The position numbers and the translations under genes were made by a program. A model generated the notes under the pieces. The model saw only the letters and a list, made by a program, of their open reading frames with translations, had not been told where the DNA came from and did not search any database. Of a stretch of 60,756 bases of DNA, positions 28,175-37,944 are shown piece by piece. Origin of the DNA: an uncultured Thermoplasmatales archaeon (GTDB taxonomy: Archaea > Thermoplasmatota > E2 > UBA202 > DSCA01); NCBI GenBank assembly GCA_964514975.1, contig CAZESS010000012.1:1-60756 (forward strand). Direction: 5' to 3'. Position 1 is the stretch's first letter. Each line of letters begins with the position of its first letter.

Positions 28175-28945
28175 ATGATATTCAAGCGGCAGGTCGGCAA
28201 GCCAAACAACGGATGGGTCGTGCTGGTGCACGGGCTGGGGGAGCACTGCGGCCGCTATGATGACTTCATGCAGCTGCTCGCCGAGCATGGCTTTTCCGTC
28301 TACGCGTTCGACTGGGCTGGCCACGGGCGGAGCGACGGCAAACAGGGGCATGCGACCGTCGAGGAAACCTTCACGACGATAGACAACATCATCGGGGAAA
28401 TCGGCCAGGTGCCGTTTCTGTTCGGGCACAGCCTCGGCGGGCTCACCGTCATCCGGTACGCGGAGCTGCATCCCGACCGTGCCAGGGGCGTTATTGCTTC
28501 GTCGCCGCTGCTCGCCCGTCGTTCAGCGGTCAGCCGTCTCTCTGTTGCGCTGTCAAGGCTCCTCGGCTCGATAGCGCCCTCGCTGACGATGCACAACCGC
28601 ATCGACCCGTCGGATATCTCCAGGAACGAGGACGCCGTCCAGGCCTATCGGGATGACCCGCTCGTCCATCATCAGGCGTCGGCGGCGCTGGCCAGAAGCA
28701 TGTTCATGCACATGGACAGGGCGCATGACGACGCTGAAAAGGTCACGGTGCCGGTGTTGCTGCTGGTTGGCACGGCCGATGTGCTGGTGCCGCCGCGCGG
28801 CGCACGCCGGTTGATGAAGGAGCTGACGGTTGACGATAAAACCCTCGAGGAGTTCGAGGGTGCCTATCATGAGGTATGTGACGACCCGGAGTGGGGCAAC
28901 GTGTATCATGATGTCATCGTCCGGTGGCTGCTCGGTCACTGCTGA
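28175..28945 (+). CDS. Lysophospholipase/monoacylglycerol lipase-like alpha/beta hydrolase
   Basis: VHGLGEH.GRY, D..GHGRS.G, GHSLGG nucleophile elbow, D..V, YHE. Confidence 0.9.
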   Translation: MIFKRQVGKPNNGWVVLVHGLGEHCGRYDDFMQLLAEHGFSVYAFDWAGHGRSDGKQGHATVEETFTTIDNIIGEIGQVPFLFGHSLGGLTVIRYAELHPDRARGVIASSPLLARRSAVSRLSVALSRLLGSIAPSLTMHNRIDPSDISRNEDAVQAYRDDPLVHHQASAALARSMFMHMDRAHDDAEKVTVPVLLLVGTADVLVPPRGARRLMKELTVDDKTLEEFEGAYHEVCDDPEWGNVYHDVIVRWLLGHC

Positions 28946-29310
28946 CGGACGCTCCGGGATGCGACGACGTCGACGTCGAGACCGGCCACGTTTTCGACGA
29001 TGACGTCGCCTATGCTGACGGGCGCCATGACGGTGACCGTGGCGAGCGCCTGCATCACGCTGCGTATCGCTGCTCGGGGTACCGGCGCCGTGGTTTTGAC
29101 GGCCACCGTGGGCAGGTCGCCTTCGGTGCAGCGGACGACGCTGATGACCGTCCGCCGTGGCTCGGCTATCTCCTGCCGGGCGTATGCTGCCCCGTGCTGG
29201 CATGCGTTTCCGGTGATGGCGGCGATGGCGCCGTCGCGGAGTGTGACCCTGATGGTGCAGCCGACGGGACACATGATGCAGGCGATTTCTTTTTCTTTTT
29301 CCCGGGTCAT
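28936..29310 (-). CDS. DUF1667 family CxxC protein (G3P dehydrogenase complex partner)
   Basis: CIMCPVGC...GNAC..G..YA..E...P.R; start at 29310, coupled to upstream gene. Confidence 0.85.
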   Translation of the reverse strand: MTREKEKEIACIMCPVGCTIRVTLRDGAIAAITGNACQHGAAYARQEIAEPRRTVISVVRCTEGDLPTVAVKTTAPVPRAAIRSVMQALATVTVMAPVSIGDVIVENVAGLDVDVVASRSVRQQ

Positions 29311-30554
29311 CGTGCCACCTCCACGGTGAGCGCTCCCTGGAGGCCGGCGAGCATGTCCGGTTCGAGCTCGATGGTGAGCATCTCTCCGGGGGTGACACCC
29401 TGCCGGGGCAGCTCGATGTCGATGTCGGGCAGCCGGACGACCGCTCGGGGCTCGGGGCGCTGCACCCGGAGGTAGAGCGTGACCGGGCGCTGTCCGCTCA
29501 CCCGCTGTGGCAGGACGAATCTGACGTTGCGACCCCGGTGCACGGGATGCCATGTGTCGGCGGGGATGTGGCCGCGCTTGATGTATCGAGCAGCTCCGAC
29601 GGCGGCGCGTTCGCCCTGCCGCGCTGCAGCGTCCACGTAGTCGTTGATGGCGAGGGCGTTGCCCGCGGTGAAAACCCCGGGCTGCGTGGTTTCGAGGCAG
29701 TCGTTGACCACGGGCCCATGGGTTGCGTCATCGATGTCTATGGTGATGTCCTGGAGCCGCGTGACGTTGGGGATGAGTCCGGTGGCCAGGGCGACGGTGT
29801 CGCATTCAATGCGGCGTGCTGTCCCCGGCACGGGTTCCATGCCGGGGGTGACGGCCACGGTGTCGACTGCGGTGACACGGTTGCTTCCATGGATGGCGGT
29901 GACCATGCGCCCCGTGTGCAGCGGGATGTCATAGTCGTGGAGGCACTGGACAACGTTGCGGGTCAACCCGCCCGGATAGGGCAGCATTTCGATGACCGCT
30001 TTGACCGTGGCGCCCTCGAGAGCCAGGCGGCGTGCCATGATGAGGCCGATGTCGCCGGAGCCGACGATGACCGCGCTGCGGCCGGGCAGTGCGCCGTCTA
30101 TGTCCATGAGCGTCTGTGCCTCCCCGGCTGTGAAGACGCCGGCTGGCCGGTCGCCGACGATGCCCGTTTCGTGGCGGTGGCGTTCCCGTGCCCCGGCGGC
30201 GTAGAGGATGCATGCAGCCGTTGTTCCCCTGACGCCGTCGGACGTTATCGTGACGATTTGTTTCCGCCCGTCGGGGAGCATCCGGAGATTGGTGACATGC
30301 GCGCCGGTGGATACGTCGATGTCCCGCTGCGCTACCCGGGCGACAAGGCGCTCTGCGAACTCGGGCCCGGTGAGGTCCTCGCCGTGGTAGGTGAGACCGA
30401 AGCCGGGGTGGATGCATTGCAGCGGGATGCCGCCCAGGCGCTTGCCTGCCTCTATCAGCAGGACGCCCATGTCATGGTCGTGGGCCATGGCGGCGCCTGC
30501 CAGCCCGGCCGCCCCGCCCCCGATGACCGTGAGGTCGTATGCCGCCCTGCTCAT
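29307..30554 (-). CDS. FAD/NAD(P)-dependent oxidoreductase of the glycerol operon
   Basis: GGGAAGL, GGIPLQCIHPGFG, LTGPE, GSGDIGLIMARR; start at 30554. Confidence 0.9.
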   Translation of the reverse strand: MSRAAYDLTVIGGGAAGLAGAAMAHDHDMGVLLIEAGKRLGGIPLQCIHPGFGLTYHGEDLTGPEFAERLVARVAQRDIDVSTGAHVTNLRMLPDGRKQIVTITSDGVRGTTAACILYAAGARERHRHETGIVGDRPAGVFTAGEAQTLMDIDGALPGRSAVIVGSGDIGLIMARRLALEGATVKAVIEMLPYPGGLTRNVVQCLHDYDIPLHTGRMVTAIHGSNRVTAVDTVAVTPGMEPVPGTARRIECDTVALATGLIPNVTRLQDITIDIDDATHGPVVNDCLETTQPGVFTAGNALAINDYVDAAARQGERAAVGAARYIKRGHIPADTWHPVHRGRNVRFVLPQRVSGQRPVTLYLRVQRPEPRAVVRLPDIDIELPRQGVTPGEMLTIELEPDMLAGLQGALTVEVAR

Positions 30555-32038
30555 GGGTCGTCCTCCTGGAGCGTTTTGATGTCGCCGGCGACGTAGGGCG
30601 TCGTTCCATGCTCCATGACCTTCCAGAGGGGTATGTCGAGTTCCCGGGCGATGAGGCGGGCGACCTGGACGCGGCAGAAGGAGCCCTGGCAGAACCCGAA
30701 CATGGCCAGGGTGCGGAACTTTATGCCGTCGAGTGACACGTTGCCGTCGAGCTGCTGGATGCGCCTGATTGCCCCGGTGATTTCTGCCTCGGTGACCGTT
30801 TTGCACCGGCAGACCACGCGGCCATATCCAGGCTGCCGTTTGATGAGCCGGTGTTGTTGCTCCGGGGATAGCGCGGCAAGGCGGGTGGTGCGCTGCCGGC
30901 GCGGCTGCCATCCCTGTTTCTCCTGGAGCTCAACGTCGAGCTGTTCCTGCAGCAGCCGTGCGACGTGTTCGGCAATAGCCGGCGCCGCCGTCAGTCCCGG
31001 GGAACGGATGCCGGCTGCGTTCACAAACCCCCATGGGCGGCCATATGCCCGGATGACATATCGGCCGTCCGGCGGCTCGGGGCGAAGGCCGGCGAAGGTT
31101 TTGACGACGCTGCCATGCGGAGGCATCCGGCGGAGCAGCCGGGCAGCCTCGTGCCAGATGGCGGACAATCCATCCTTGGTGGTCGCTTTCTCGGTGAACG
31201 CGCCGGGTGGCAGGTCCTCCGCCGTCGGCCCGAGCATCAGGTTTCCCTCCGCCGTGGTCACGGCGTAGACGCCCTTTGTTTTCTCCGTCGGCGTGGGATG
31301 CACGATATGCATGGGCCCCTTCACATTCTCGTTGAACAGGATATATTCCCCCCGCCGCGGCGTGATGGAGGGCTCGGCGATGCCGGCCATCGCAGCGACC
31401 CTGCCCGCGTGCAGTCCGGCGGCGTTGACAGCCACGTCGGCAGCGATGTCCCCCGTGGTCGTGGACACGCCCGCGACGGCGTCGCCGTCCACCATGACAT
31501 CGGTCACCTCGCAGTCCAGATGGACATGCACGCCGTTGGCATGAGCGTTTTCCACCACGCCGATGACAGCCTCCCAGGGTGCAATCATGCCCGCATCGGG
31601 TGACCACAGCGCCGCCACGACGTCGTCGTGCAACAGCGGCTCCCGCTCGTGCAGCTCCCCGCCGTCGAGGACGCGGAGGCCGTCGACACCGTTGCGCTTG
31701 CCGAGACAGCGATAGTGCTCCAGCGTCTCCCGCTGCCCCCCGTCCGTGGCGACCATGAGCTCGCCGGGCCACCGTGCGGGAATGTCGAGCTCCCGTGTCC
31801 AGCGGCGCCAGCGTATGTTGCCGGCAAGGCAGAGCCGCGCCCGCAGCGGATGCACGGCCGGGTTTTCCTCATGACCGGGATGGATGATGCCGGTGTTGGC
31901 CTTGCTGGCACCCCAGCCGACGTCGCCCGCTTTTTCGACGAGATGCACGTCGAGATGGTAGCGGGACAGCTCGCGGGCGATGCAGCCGCCGACGATACCC
32001 GCCCCGATAACGACGACGGTGGTATCTCTTTCAGCCAT
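30551..32038 (-). CDS. glpA: FAD-dependent glycerol-3-phosphate dehydrogenase with BFD-like 2Fe-2S domain
   Basis: IGAGIVG, SKANTGIIH, FAGLRP, GIRSPGLTAAP, CRC...CQG.FC; downstream of glpK. Confidence 0.82.
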   Translation of the reverse strand: MAERDTTVVVIGAGIVGGCIARELSRYHLDVHLVEKAGDVGWGASKANTGIIHPGHEENPAVHPLRARLCLAGNIRWRRWTRELDIPARWPGELMVATDGGQRETLEHYRCLGKRNGVDGLRVLDGGELHEREPLLHDDVVAALWSPDAGMIAPWEAVIGVVENAHANGVHVHLDCEVTDVMVDGDAVAGVSTTTGDIAADVAVNAAGLHAGRVAAMAGIAEPSITPRRGEYILFNENVKGPMHIVHPTPTEKTKGVYAVTTAEGNLMLGPTAEDLPPGAFTEKATTKDGLSAIWHEAARLLRRMPPHGSVVKTFAGLRPEPPDGRYVIRAYGRPWGFVNAAGIRSPGLTAAPAIAEHVARLLQEQLDVELQEKQGWQPRRQRTTRLAALSPEQQHRLIKRQPGYGRVVCRCKTVTEAEITGAIRRIQQLDGNVSLDGIKFRTLAMFGFCQGSFCRVQVARLIARELDIPLWKVMEHGTTPYVAGDIKTLQEDDP

Positions 32039-33536
32039 CGGCAGCCTCCATATCCTGCGTCATCGCCCAGCTCCGGGCCCGCTCCACGGCCCGTCTCCAG
32101 CCCCGGAGACATGCATCGCGATGTTCCCCGTCCATCACCGGCGTGAAACGGATGTCCTCCCGCCAGAGCGCGTCGAGCTCATCCCGGGAGCGCCAGATGT
32201 CCGCCTCGAGGCCTGCAAGCATCGCCGCGCCGAGCGCCGTTGTCTCCATCACCGCCGGGCGGAGCACCACGTGCCGGGACAGGTCCGCCTGGAACTGGAG
32301 CAGAAACTCGTTGCGGCTGCCGCCGCCGTCAACCCGCATTTCCGTGACATCCATGCCAGCATCGGTTTCCATCACCTCGATGACATCCTGCGACAGATAG
32401 GCAATCGCCTCGAGCGACGCCCGGGCGAGAGACGCTCTGCCCGTACAGCCGGACAGCCCGACGATGGCGCCCCGCGCGGCGGCATCCCAGTAGGGGGCAC
32501 CAAGGCCGGCAAACGCTGGGACGAGATAGACGCCATCGGTGTCATCGACCGTGGATGCCAGCGCCTCTATTTCGCCGGGGTCATCAAACAATCCGATACG
32601 CTGCAGCCACCGCACACCGGCACCGGTGGCGAACACGCTGCCCTCCAACGCATAGGTCACCCGGCCGTCGAGGCTCCAGGCGATCGTGGACAGCAGCCGA
32701 TCCGAGCGGCAGGGCTCCTCCATGCACATCAGCACAAAGTTGCCCGTTCCATAGGTGTTCTTCACCATGCCCGGCGTGGTGCAGCGCTGCCCGAACAGCG
32801 AGGCCTGCTGGTCGCCCGCACAGCCGGTTATGGGTATCCTTTGACCCTCGATGGTGGCGTGACCGTAGCGATGGCTGCTGTCGTAAACAGCGGGCAGCAC
32901 CGCCGGGGGGACGTCGAACTGTATGAGCAGCTCGTCGTCCCACCTGCACCGGTGGATGTCGTACAGCATGGTCCGGGATGCGTTGCTCCGGTCGGTCGCG
33001 TGGACCGCGCCATCGGTGAGCTGCCAGATGAGCCAGGTGTCAACGGTGCCGCATGCCAGGTCTCCACCTTGTGCTCGCTCTCGCGCTTCCGGCACCCTGT
33101 CGAGCAGCCATTGCAGCTTGGTGGCCGAAAAATAGGCGTCAGGTATCAGCCCCGTTTTCCGGCGTATCATCTCCCGGGCGTCCTTGCTCATCTGCTCGAC
33201 GATGGGGGCGGTGCGGCGGTCCTGCCAGACGATGGCGTTGGCGAGCGGAGTGCCGCTGTCACGGTCCCACAGCATGACGGTTTCCCGCTGGTTGGCAATG
33301 CCGATGGCCGCGATGTCGCGGGATGCTGTGGCGCCCTGAATTGCTGTCCGTATCGCGCGCTGCATCGCCGTCCATATCATCATCGGGTCATGCTCGACCC
33401 AGCCAGACCGGGGATACTGCTGGGGCAGCCGGCTGCGGCCCTCGCCATGCAGCCCGCCGCGGCGGTCGAACAGGAACGCCTTCGCGCTCGACGTCCCCGC
33501 GTCCAGTGCCAGGATGAGCTCGTCGTCATGTGCCAT
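32031..33536 (-). CDS. glpK: Glycerol kinase
   Basis: DAGTSS, GWVEHDP, NQRET, WQDRRT, YFSATK, GDQQA.LFGQ, KNTYGTG, GLGAPYW. Confidence 0.96.
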   Translation of the reverse strand: MAHDDELILALDAGTSSAKAFLFDRRGGLHGEGRSRLPQQYPRSGWVEHDPMMIWTAMQRAIRTAIQGATASRDIAAIGIANQRETVMLWDRDSGTPLANAIVWQDRRTAPIVEQMSKDAREMIRRKTGLIPDAYFSATKLQWLLDRVPEARERAQGGDLACGTVDTWLIWQLTDGAVHATDRSNASRTMLYDIHRCRWDDELLIQFDVPPAVLPAVYDSSHRYGHATIEGQRIPITGCAGDQQASLFGQRCTTPGMVKNTYGTGNFVLMCMEEPCRSDRLLSTIAWSLDGRVTYALEGSVFATGAGVRWLQRIGLFDDPGEIEALASTVDDTDGVYLVPAFAGLGAPYWDAAARGAIVGLSGCTGRASLARASLEAIAYLSQDVIEVMETDAGMDVTEMRVDGGGSRNEFLLQFQADLSRHVVLRPAVMETTALGAAMLAGLEADIWRSRDELDALWREDIRFTPVMDGEHRDACLRGWRRAVERARSWAMTQDMEAADG

Positions 33537-33649
33537 GATGATGCCCCTGTGGTTCAGATGGCGCTACAACCGGAAAAAATTACTTAACGTTTTCCCGTCG
33601 ACGACGCTTTAAGATTTAAAAAGTGCTGCCGGTTACGTCTGTGACACTG

Positions 33650-35302
33650 ATGGACAAGACGGCCTTTGAGCGCTTCTATTCAAAAATATTCACCATCCCG
33701 AAAAAGCGGATATCGGTGACGCTGGGCGTCGTCACCATCGCGATTGCGTCGCTGCAGTATGGCATCGCCCGGGCGTTTTTCGCGCAGCGGTATTTTTTTC
33801 TCGGGCTGCTGCTCATCGTGCTCATCCTGGCGGTGGGGCGAACCATCAACCTTGCCTTCAACGGGCGGCGGGTGTTTTTTCTGGCGCTGCTCTTGCTCAT
33901 CTTCATCGAGGCGTTCGACTTCGTCGTGTACCATCTCGGGTTTCCCTATCTGATTTCGCTGACGCCGGCGGTTATTTCCTCGTTTTTGACGATCATCCTG
34001 TATTTTTCCTCGGAGGCGGAGGAGATAAGCGTGTATGTGCTCAGCCTCAGCATGGTCCTCCTGCTCTATCCCTTCAGCTTTTTTTATTTCGACCTCTACT
34101 ATGACCTGCCGGCGCATTTCGAGGTGCATGGCCTCACCGCTGGTTACGTGTTCATCGCGGTCGTCGGGGTTATCGCCGGGCATGGCTACCTCCGGTTTTT
34201 GGACACCGAACGGGGCTTCAACGTCAAATCGTTTTTCCGCGCGTTTTTGCTGTTCTGGCTGACGGCCAACCCGGCGTATTTCGAGAACCGTCTCATGGAG
34301 GTGGCGATCAGGATGCGGGGATGGGTCAGCTGCCTGTCTATCGGGGATGTCAGGCTGGTGGCGAACGCGTTTCATCCCGGCCCGCTCCGGAACGTCGGCG
34401 GCGCCCGCCTCGTCCACCGCGTGCTCGAGGAGCCGAAGACCATGTATCTGCATTCGGCGAGCACCCATGACCGGAACGTTGTCAGCGGCGAAGACGTCGA
34501 GGCCATCATCGATGCCATCTCCTGCGGCGACGAAACGCTGCATGCCCGTCGGCCGTTTTCGGTGGAGGGGGACGAGTTCACCGTCACCGCATTCCCCTTC
34601 GATGATTTCAGGCTGCTGGTAGTATCCGGCCATGAGACCATAGACGACCTGCCGCCCGAGGTGCAGGAGTACGCCGACGGGCTGGGGGATCTGCTGGTCG
34701 TCGACGGGCACAACGCCTACAGGAAGGAATACGATGTCACGCCGGCGCAGGTAGCGGAGATTAAGTCGCTCATCCGCCGGGCGGCGGAAACAGACGGGGA
34801 GCCCGCCTCGCTGCGGTATTCGTTCACCCGGAAAAACGTCTCCTCGCAGAACATCTGCGGCTACCTGGCGCTGCTCGTGCTGGACTACGACGGGGAGCGC
34901 TACGCCCTGTTCATGATTGATTCGAACAACATCGACCTGTCGTTCCGCCATCGGGTCGAGCGGTTTTTCCGGGAGCGGGACGTCCATCCGGTGGTGGTGT
35001 CGACGGATGACCATGCGAAGACGGGGATGCCGCCCGGCATGGAATATCAGCCGGCGGGTGCGCATGAAAGCGACGTGTCGGCCGTGTTCGATTTTCTCGA
35101 GGGATGCAGCCTACGCGCCACCGCCGACGGGGATGTCAGCTACAGCCGGCGGCCGGTCGCCATCAACGTCATCGGCGAGCGGTTTTTTGATGACCTGGAG
35201 GTGGCGGTGCGGACCGTGGGCAAGCAGGCCGTGTTGCTGTTTTTCCTCGTTATTTCGCTGCAGCTCGTCCTGGCGATGCTGACCGGGTTCGTGCTCATAT
35301 AA
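33650..35302 (+). CDS. DUF2070 family membrane protein
   Basis: N-terminal TM helices; HPGP...GG, H..STH, D.HN, DSNN, TDDH motifs; C-terminal TM. Confidence 0.8.
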   Translation: MDKTAFERFYSKIFTIPKKRISVTLGVVTIAIASLQYGIARAFFAQRYFFLGLLLIVLILAVGRTINLAFNGRRVFFLALLLLIFIEAFDFVVYHLGFPYLISLTPAVISSFLTIILYFSSEAEEISVYVLSLSMVLLLYPFSFFYFDLYYDLPAHFEVHGLTAGYVFIAVVGVIAGHGYLRFLDTERGFNVKSFFRAFLLFWLTANPAYFENRLMEVAIRMRGWVSCLSIGDVRLVANAFHPGPLRNVGGARLVHRVLEEPKTMYLHSASTHDRNVVSGEDVEAIIDAISCGDETLHARRPFSVEGDEFTVTAFPFDDFRLLVVSGHETIDDLPPEVQEYADGLGDLLVVDGHNAYRKEYDVTPAQVAEIKSLIRRAAETDGEPASLRYSFTRKNVSSQNICGYLALLVLDYDGERYALFMIDSNNIDLSFRHRVERFFRERDVHPVVVSTDDHAKTGMPPGMEYQPAGAHESDVSAVFDFLEGCSLRATADGDVSYSRRPVAINVIGERFFDDLEVAVRTVGKQAVLLFFLVISLQLVLAMLTGFVLI

Positions 35303-35327
35303 AAAGGGGAGAGAAAGGGGAGGGGAT

Positions 35328-35359
35328 GAAGGAGGGTGGAGGAAAAAAGACCCTCCTTC
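35328..35359 (-). terminator. 10-bp perfect hairpin followed, on the minus strand, by a pyrimidine tract
   Basis: GAAGGAGGGT (35328-37) / ACCCTCCTTC (35350-59). Confidence 0.5.
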
Positions 35360-35617
35360 TGGAGTGCGTGTGCCCGCGTGTGCCCGTTTTAGGGCGCTAT
35401 ATTGACACACGGGCGTTCTTCTCACCATCTATATCAGCCGGGAGATATATAAGCGAGGAGAGGGGGGGCGCTGCGGCGGTTTTTTAAGCTTTGTGGTTTT
35501 TTGTGCGGCCTTGTGGGTCATGCGGGATGGCCCGGGGGCATGTTCCGGGTGCAACATGGTTTCCGGAGCGGTCACCAATAGTTTTATATCACGTGGACGT
35601 TTGCCCGTCGAGAAACA

Positions 35618-37423
35618 ATGAAAATCGTACCGGATACATCGGTCATCGTGGATGGCCGGGTCACCAGTCTCATCGAAGAGGGCGAATTCACGGGGGCAGA
35701 GATCATAATCCCCGAGGCCGTCGTCGCCGAGCTCGAATACCAGGCCAACGAAGGCTTCGAAAGCGGCCTCAGCGGCCTCGACGAAATCGTCCGCCTGCAG
35801 GGATTCCACAAGAAAGGCGACATCGACCTGCGCTTCACCGGCGAACGGCCCACCATGGAGGAGACCCGCCCAGTCGGCGAAATCGACGCCATCATCAGAA
35901 ACGTATCGGAGCAGGAGGGCGCGACGCTCTGCACCTCGGACCGATTGCAGGCGCACGTCGCCGAGGCAAAAGGGCTGAAAACCCATTACATGCGCCCTGC
36001 ATCTGTTTCGGCTGAGCAGGAAATCGAGTCGCTCCGCTTCCAGAAATATTTCGAGGAGGACGTCATGAGCGTCCACCTGCGCGAGGGCTGCCGCCCCTAC
36101 GTCAAACGGGGCGTGCCCGGCAACTTCACCTTCGAGCCGGCGGGCCATCGCAGCCTGTCTGAGCGGGACATGGAAACCATGAGCCGGCATATCATCGAGG
36201 CGGCCAAGCGCGAGAAAAACAGCTTCCTGGAGATAGAGCGCAAGGGCGTCACCGTCGTGCAGCTCGAGGCCATGCGGGTGGTCATCGCCCGGCCGCGCTT
36301 CTCCGACCGCTTCGAGATCACGGCGACCAGGCCCGTTGTCAAGCTCGACCTTGACGACTACGGACTCGACGAGGAGACCAAGAGCCGGCTGTCGAACTTC
36401 CGCCGCGGCGTCCTCGTGTCGGGACCGCCCGGCTCCGGCAAGTCCACGTTCGCGCAGGCCGTCGCCGAGTATCTGCACGAGCAGGGCGCCGTGGTGAAGA
36501 CCATGGAGAGCCCCCGCGACCTGCAGGTCAACGAGGAAATCACGCAGTATGGGCCGCTTGAAAACGATATGGAGCTCACCTCGGACATCCTGCTGCTCGT
36601 CCGGCCGGACTTCGTGGTGTTCGACGAGGTGCGCAAGGGAGAGGACTTTCGCATCTTTGCGGACATGCGCCTCGCCGGCATGGGCCTCATCGGCGTCACG
36701 CACGCAAACCGGGCCATCGACGCTATCCAGCGGCTCATCGGCCGCGTCGAACTTGGCATGATACCGCAGGTGACGGATACCATCATCCACATCAACGGCG
36801 GCGAGATAGAGCAAATCCTGGAGATGGAATTCACTGTTAAATTGCCGGCGGGGATGGAGGAAGCCGACCTGGCACGACCGGTCATCATGGTCAAGGACTT
36901 CAACACGCAGAAGGCGCTCTACGAGATATACACCTACGGGGAGCAGGTCGTGGTCATGGCCATCCAGGACCGCGAGGAAAAAACCACGGGATCCGGCAAG
37001 CTGGCTGAACGGCAGCTGCGCCACATCGTCAGCCGCTGGATCGACGGCGTCGTCGACTGCGAGATCACCTCGGACAACTCGGCCAACGTCTACGTCGAAG
37101 AGGAAAACATCCCCCACATCATCGGGAAGGGCGGCAAGACCATCGCCAGCATCGAGGACGAAGCGGGCATCAAGCTCAACGTGAAACCACTCAAGAAGTC
37201 GGAGATACGGCCCAACGTCATCAAGCAGAAAAACAGCGTTGTCCTCGATGCAGGGCCGGGCCATGCCGGCAAAGAGGTCGACATCATGGGCGGCGACGAG
37301 CTCCTGCTGGCCGGCACCCTGTCACAGGAAGGCACCATCAAGGTGCGACGGCGGAGCACCCAAGGCAAAGCCATCATGAACGCCATCGCCTCGAAACAGG
37401 ACATCACGATGCGGCCGCGCTGA
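35618..37423 (+). CDS. PINc/VapC-ATPase with KH domains (PINA-type Holliday junction ATPase)
   Basis: PIN start VPDTSVIVDG, Walker A GPPGSGKST, ESPRDL, FDEVR, KH IIGKGGKTI. Confidence 0.92.
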   Translation: MKIVPDTSVIVDGRVTSLIEEGEFTGAEIIIPEAVVAELEYQANEGFESGLSGLDEIVRLQGFHKKGDIDLRFTGERPTMEETRPVGEIDAIIRNVSEQEGATLCTSDRLQAHVAEAKGLKTHYMRPASVSAEQEIESLRFQKYFEEDVMSVHLREGCRPYVKRGVPGNFTFEPAGHRSLSERDMETMSRHIIEAAKREKNSFLEIERKGVTVVQLEAMRVVIARPRFSDRFEITATRPVVKLDLDDYGLDEETKSRLSNFRRGVLVSGPPGSGKSTFAQAVAEYLHEQGAVVKTMESPRDLQVNEEITQYGPLENDMELTSDILLLVRPDFVVFDEVRKGEDFRIFADMRLAGMGLIGVTHANRAIDAIQRLIGRVELGMIPQVTDTIIHINGGEIEQILEMEFTVKLPAGMEEADLARPVIMVKDFNTQKALYEIYTYGEQVVVMAIQDREEKTTGSGKLAERQLRHIVSRWIDGVVDCEITSDNSANVYVEEENIPHIIGKGGKTIASIEDEAGIKLNVKPLKKSEIRPNVIKQKNSVVLDAGPGHAGKEVDIMGGDELLLAGTLSQEGTIKVRRRSTQGKAIMNAIASKQDITMRPR

Positions 37424-37821
37424 TGACCGACGTGGTGACCGCCGTGGTGATGCACGACGGCGAGGTGTTGCTGCTCAGGCGGAGCGACCGGGTGCGCACC
37501 TACCGGGGCAAGTGGGCCTGTGTCTCCGGCTACCTCGAAAAGGGGGACGAGCCGGAGGAGCGGGCACGCATAGAGGTAACGGAGGAGACCGGTCTGGGCC
37601 GCAGCGACGTCAGACTGGAAGCGGCGGCGGAGCCTGTCGCGTTTACCGATGACGCATCGGGCATTAGGTGGCGGGTGCATCCGTTTTTGTTTGTCGCCAC
37701 GCATCGCGACGTCACGATTGACTGGGAGCACCAGGAATATCGGTGGGTCGCTCCCTCCGAGGTCGGGCGCTATGACACGGCCCCCCGGCTGGAGGAGGTC
37801 GTGGACCGGCTGCTGGCCTGA
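37423..37821 (+). CDS. NUDIX hydrolase
   Basis: Nudix box GYLEKGDEPEERARIEVTEETG; TGATG coupling to the PINA gene. Confidence 0.9.
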   Translation: MTDVVTAVVMHDGEVLLLRRSDRVRTYRGKWACVSGYLEKGDEPEERARIEVTEETGLGRSDVRLEAAAEPVAFTDDASGIRWRVHPFLFVATHRDVTIDWEHQEYRWVAPSEVGRYDTAPRLEEVVDRLLA

Positions 37822-37944
37822 TTGCCCCCATTATGCATCGTCTGCCTCGAGAGTGGGTTGTCGGCATAGCACAATTTTGTCAACCGTATGCAATATATAC
37901 AACTTCGAATATTATAAATACCAGCAGGCCAATATTGGGTCTGC

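Noticed and set aside
35618-37423. PIN domains (PINA, also Nob1) as toxin-antitoxin systems
   Set aside because: Both match conserved archaeal housekeeping architectures and have no antitoxin partner.
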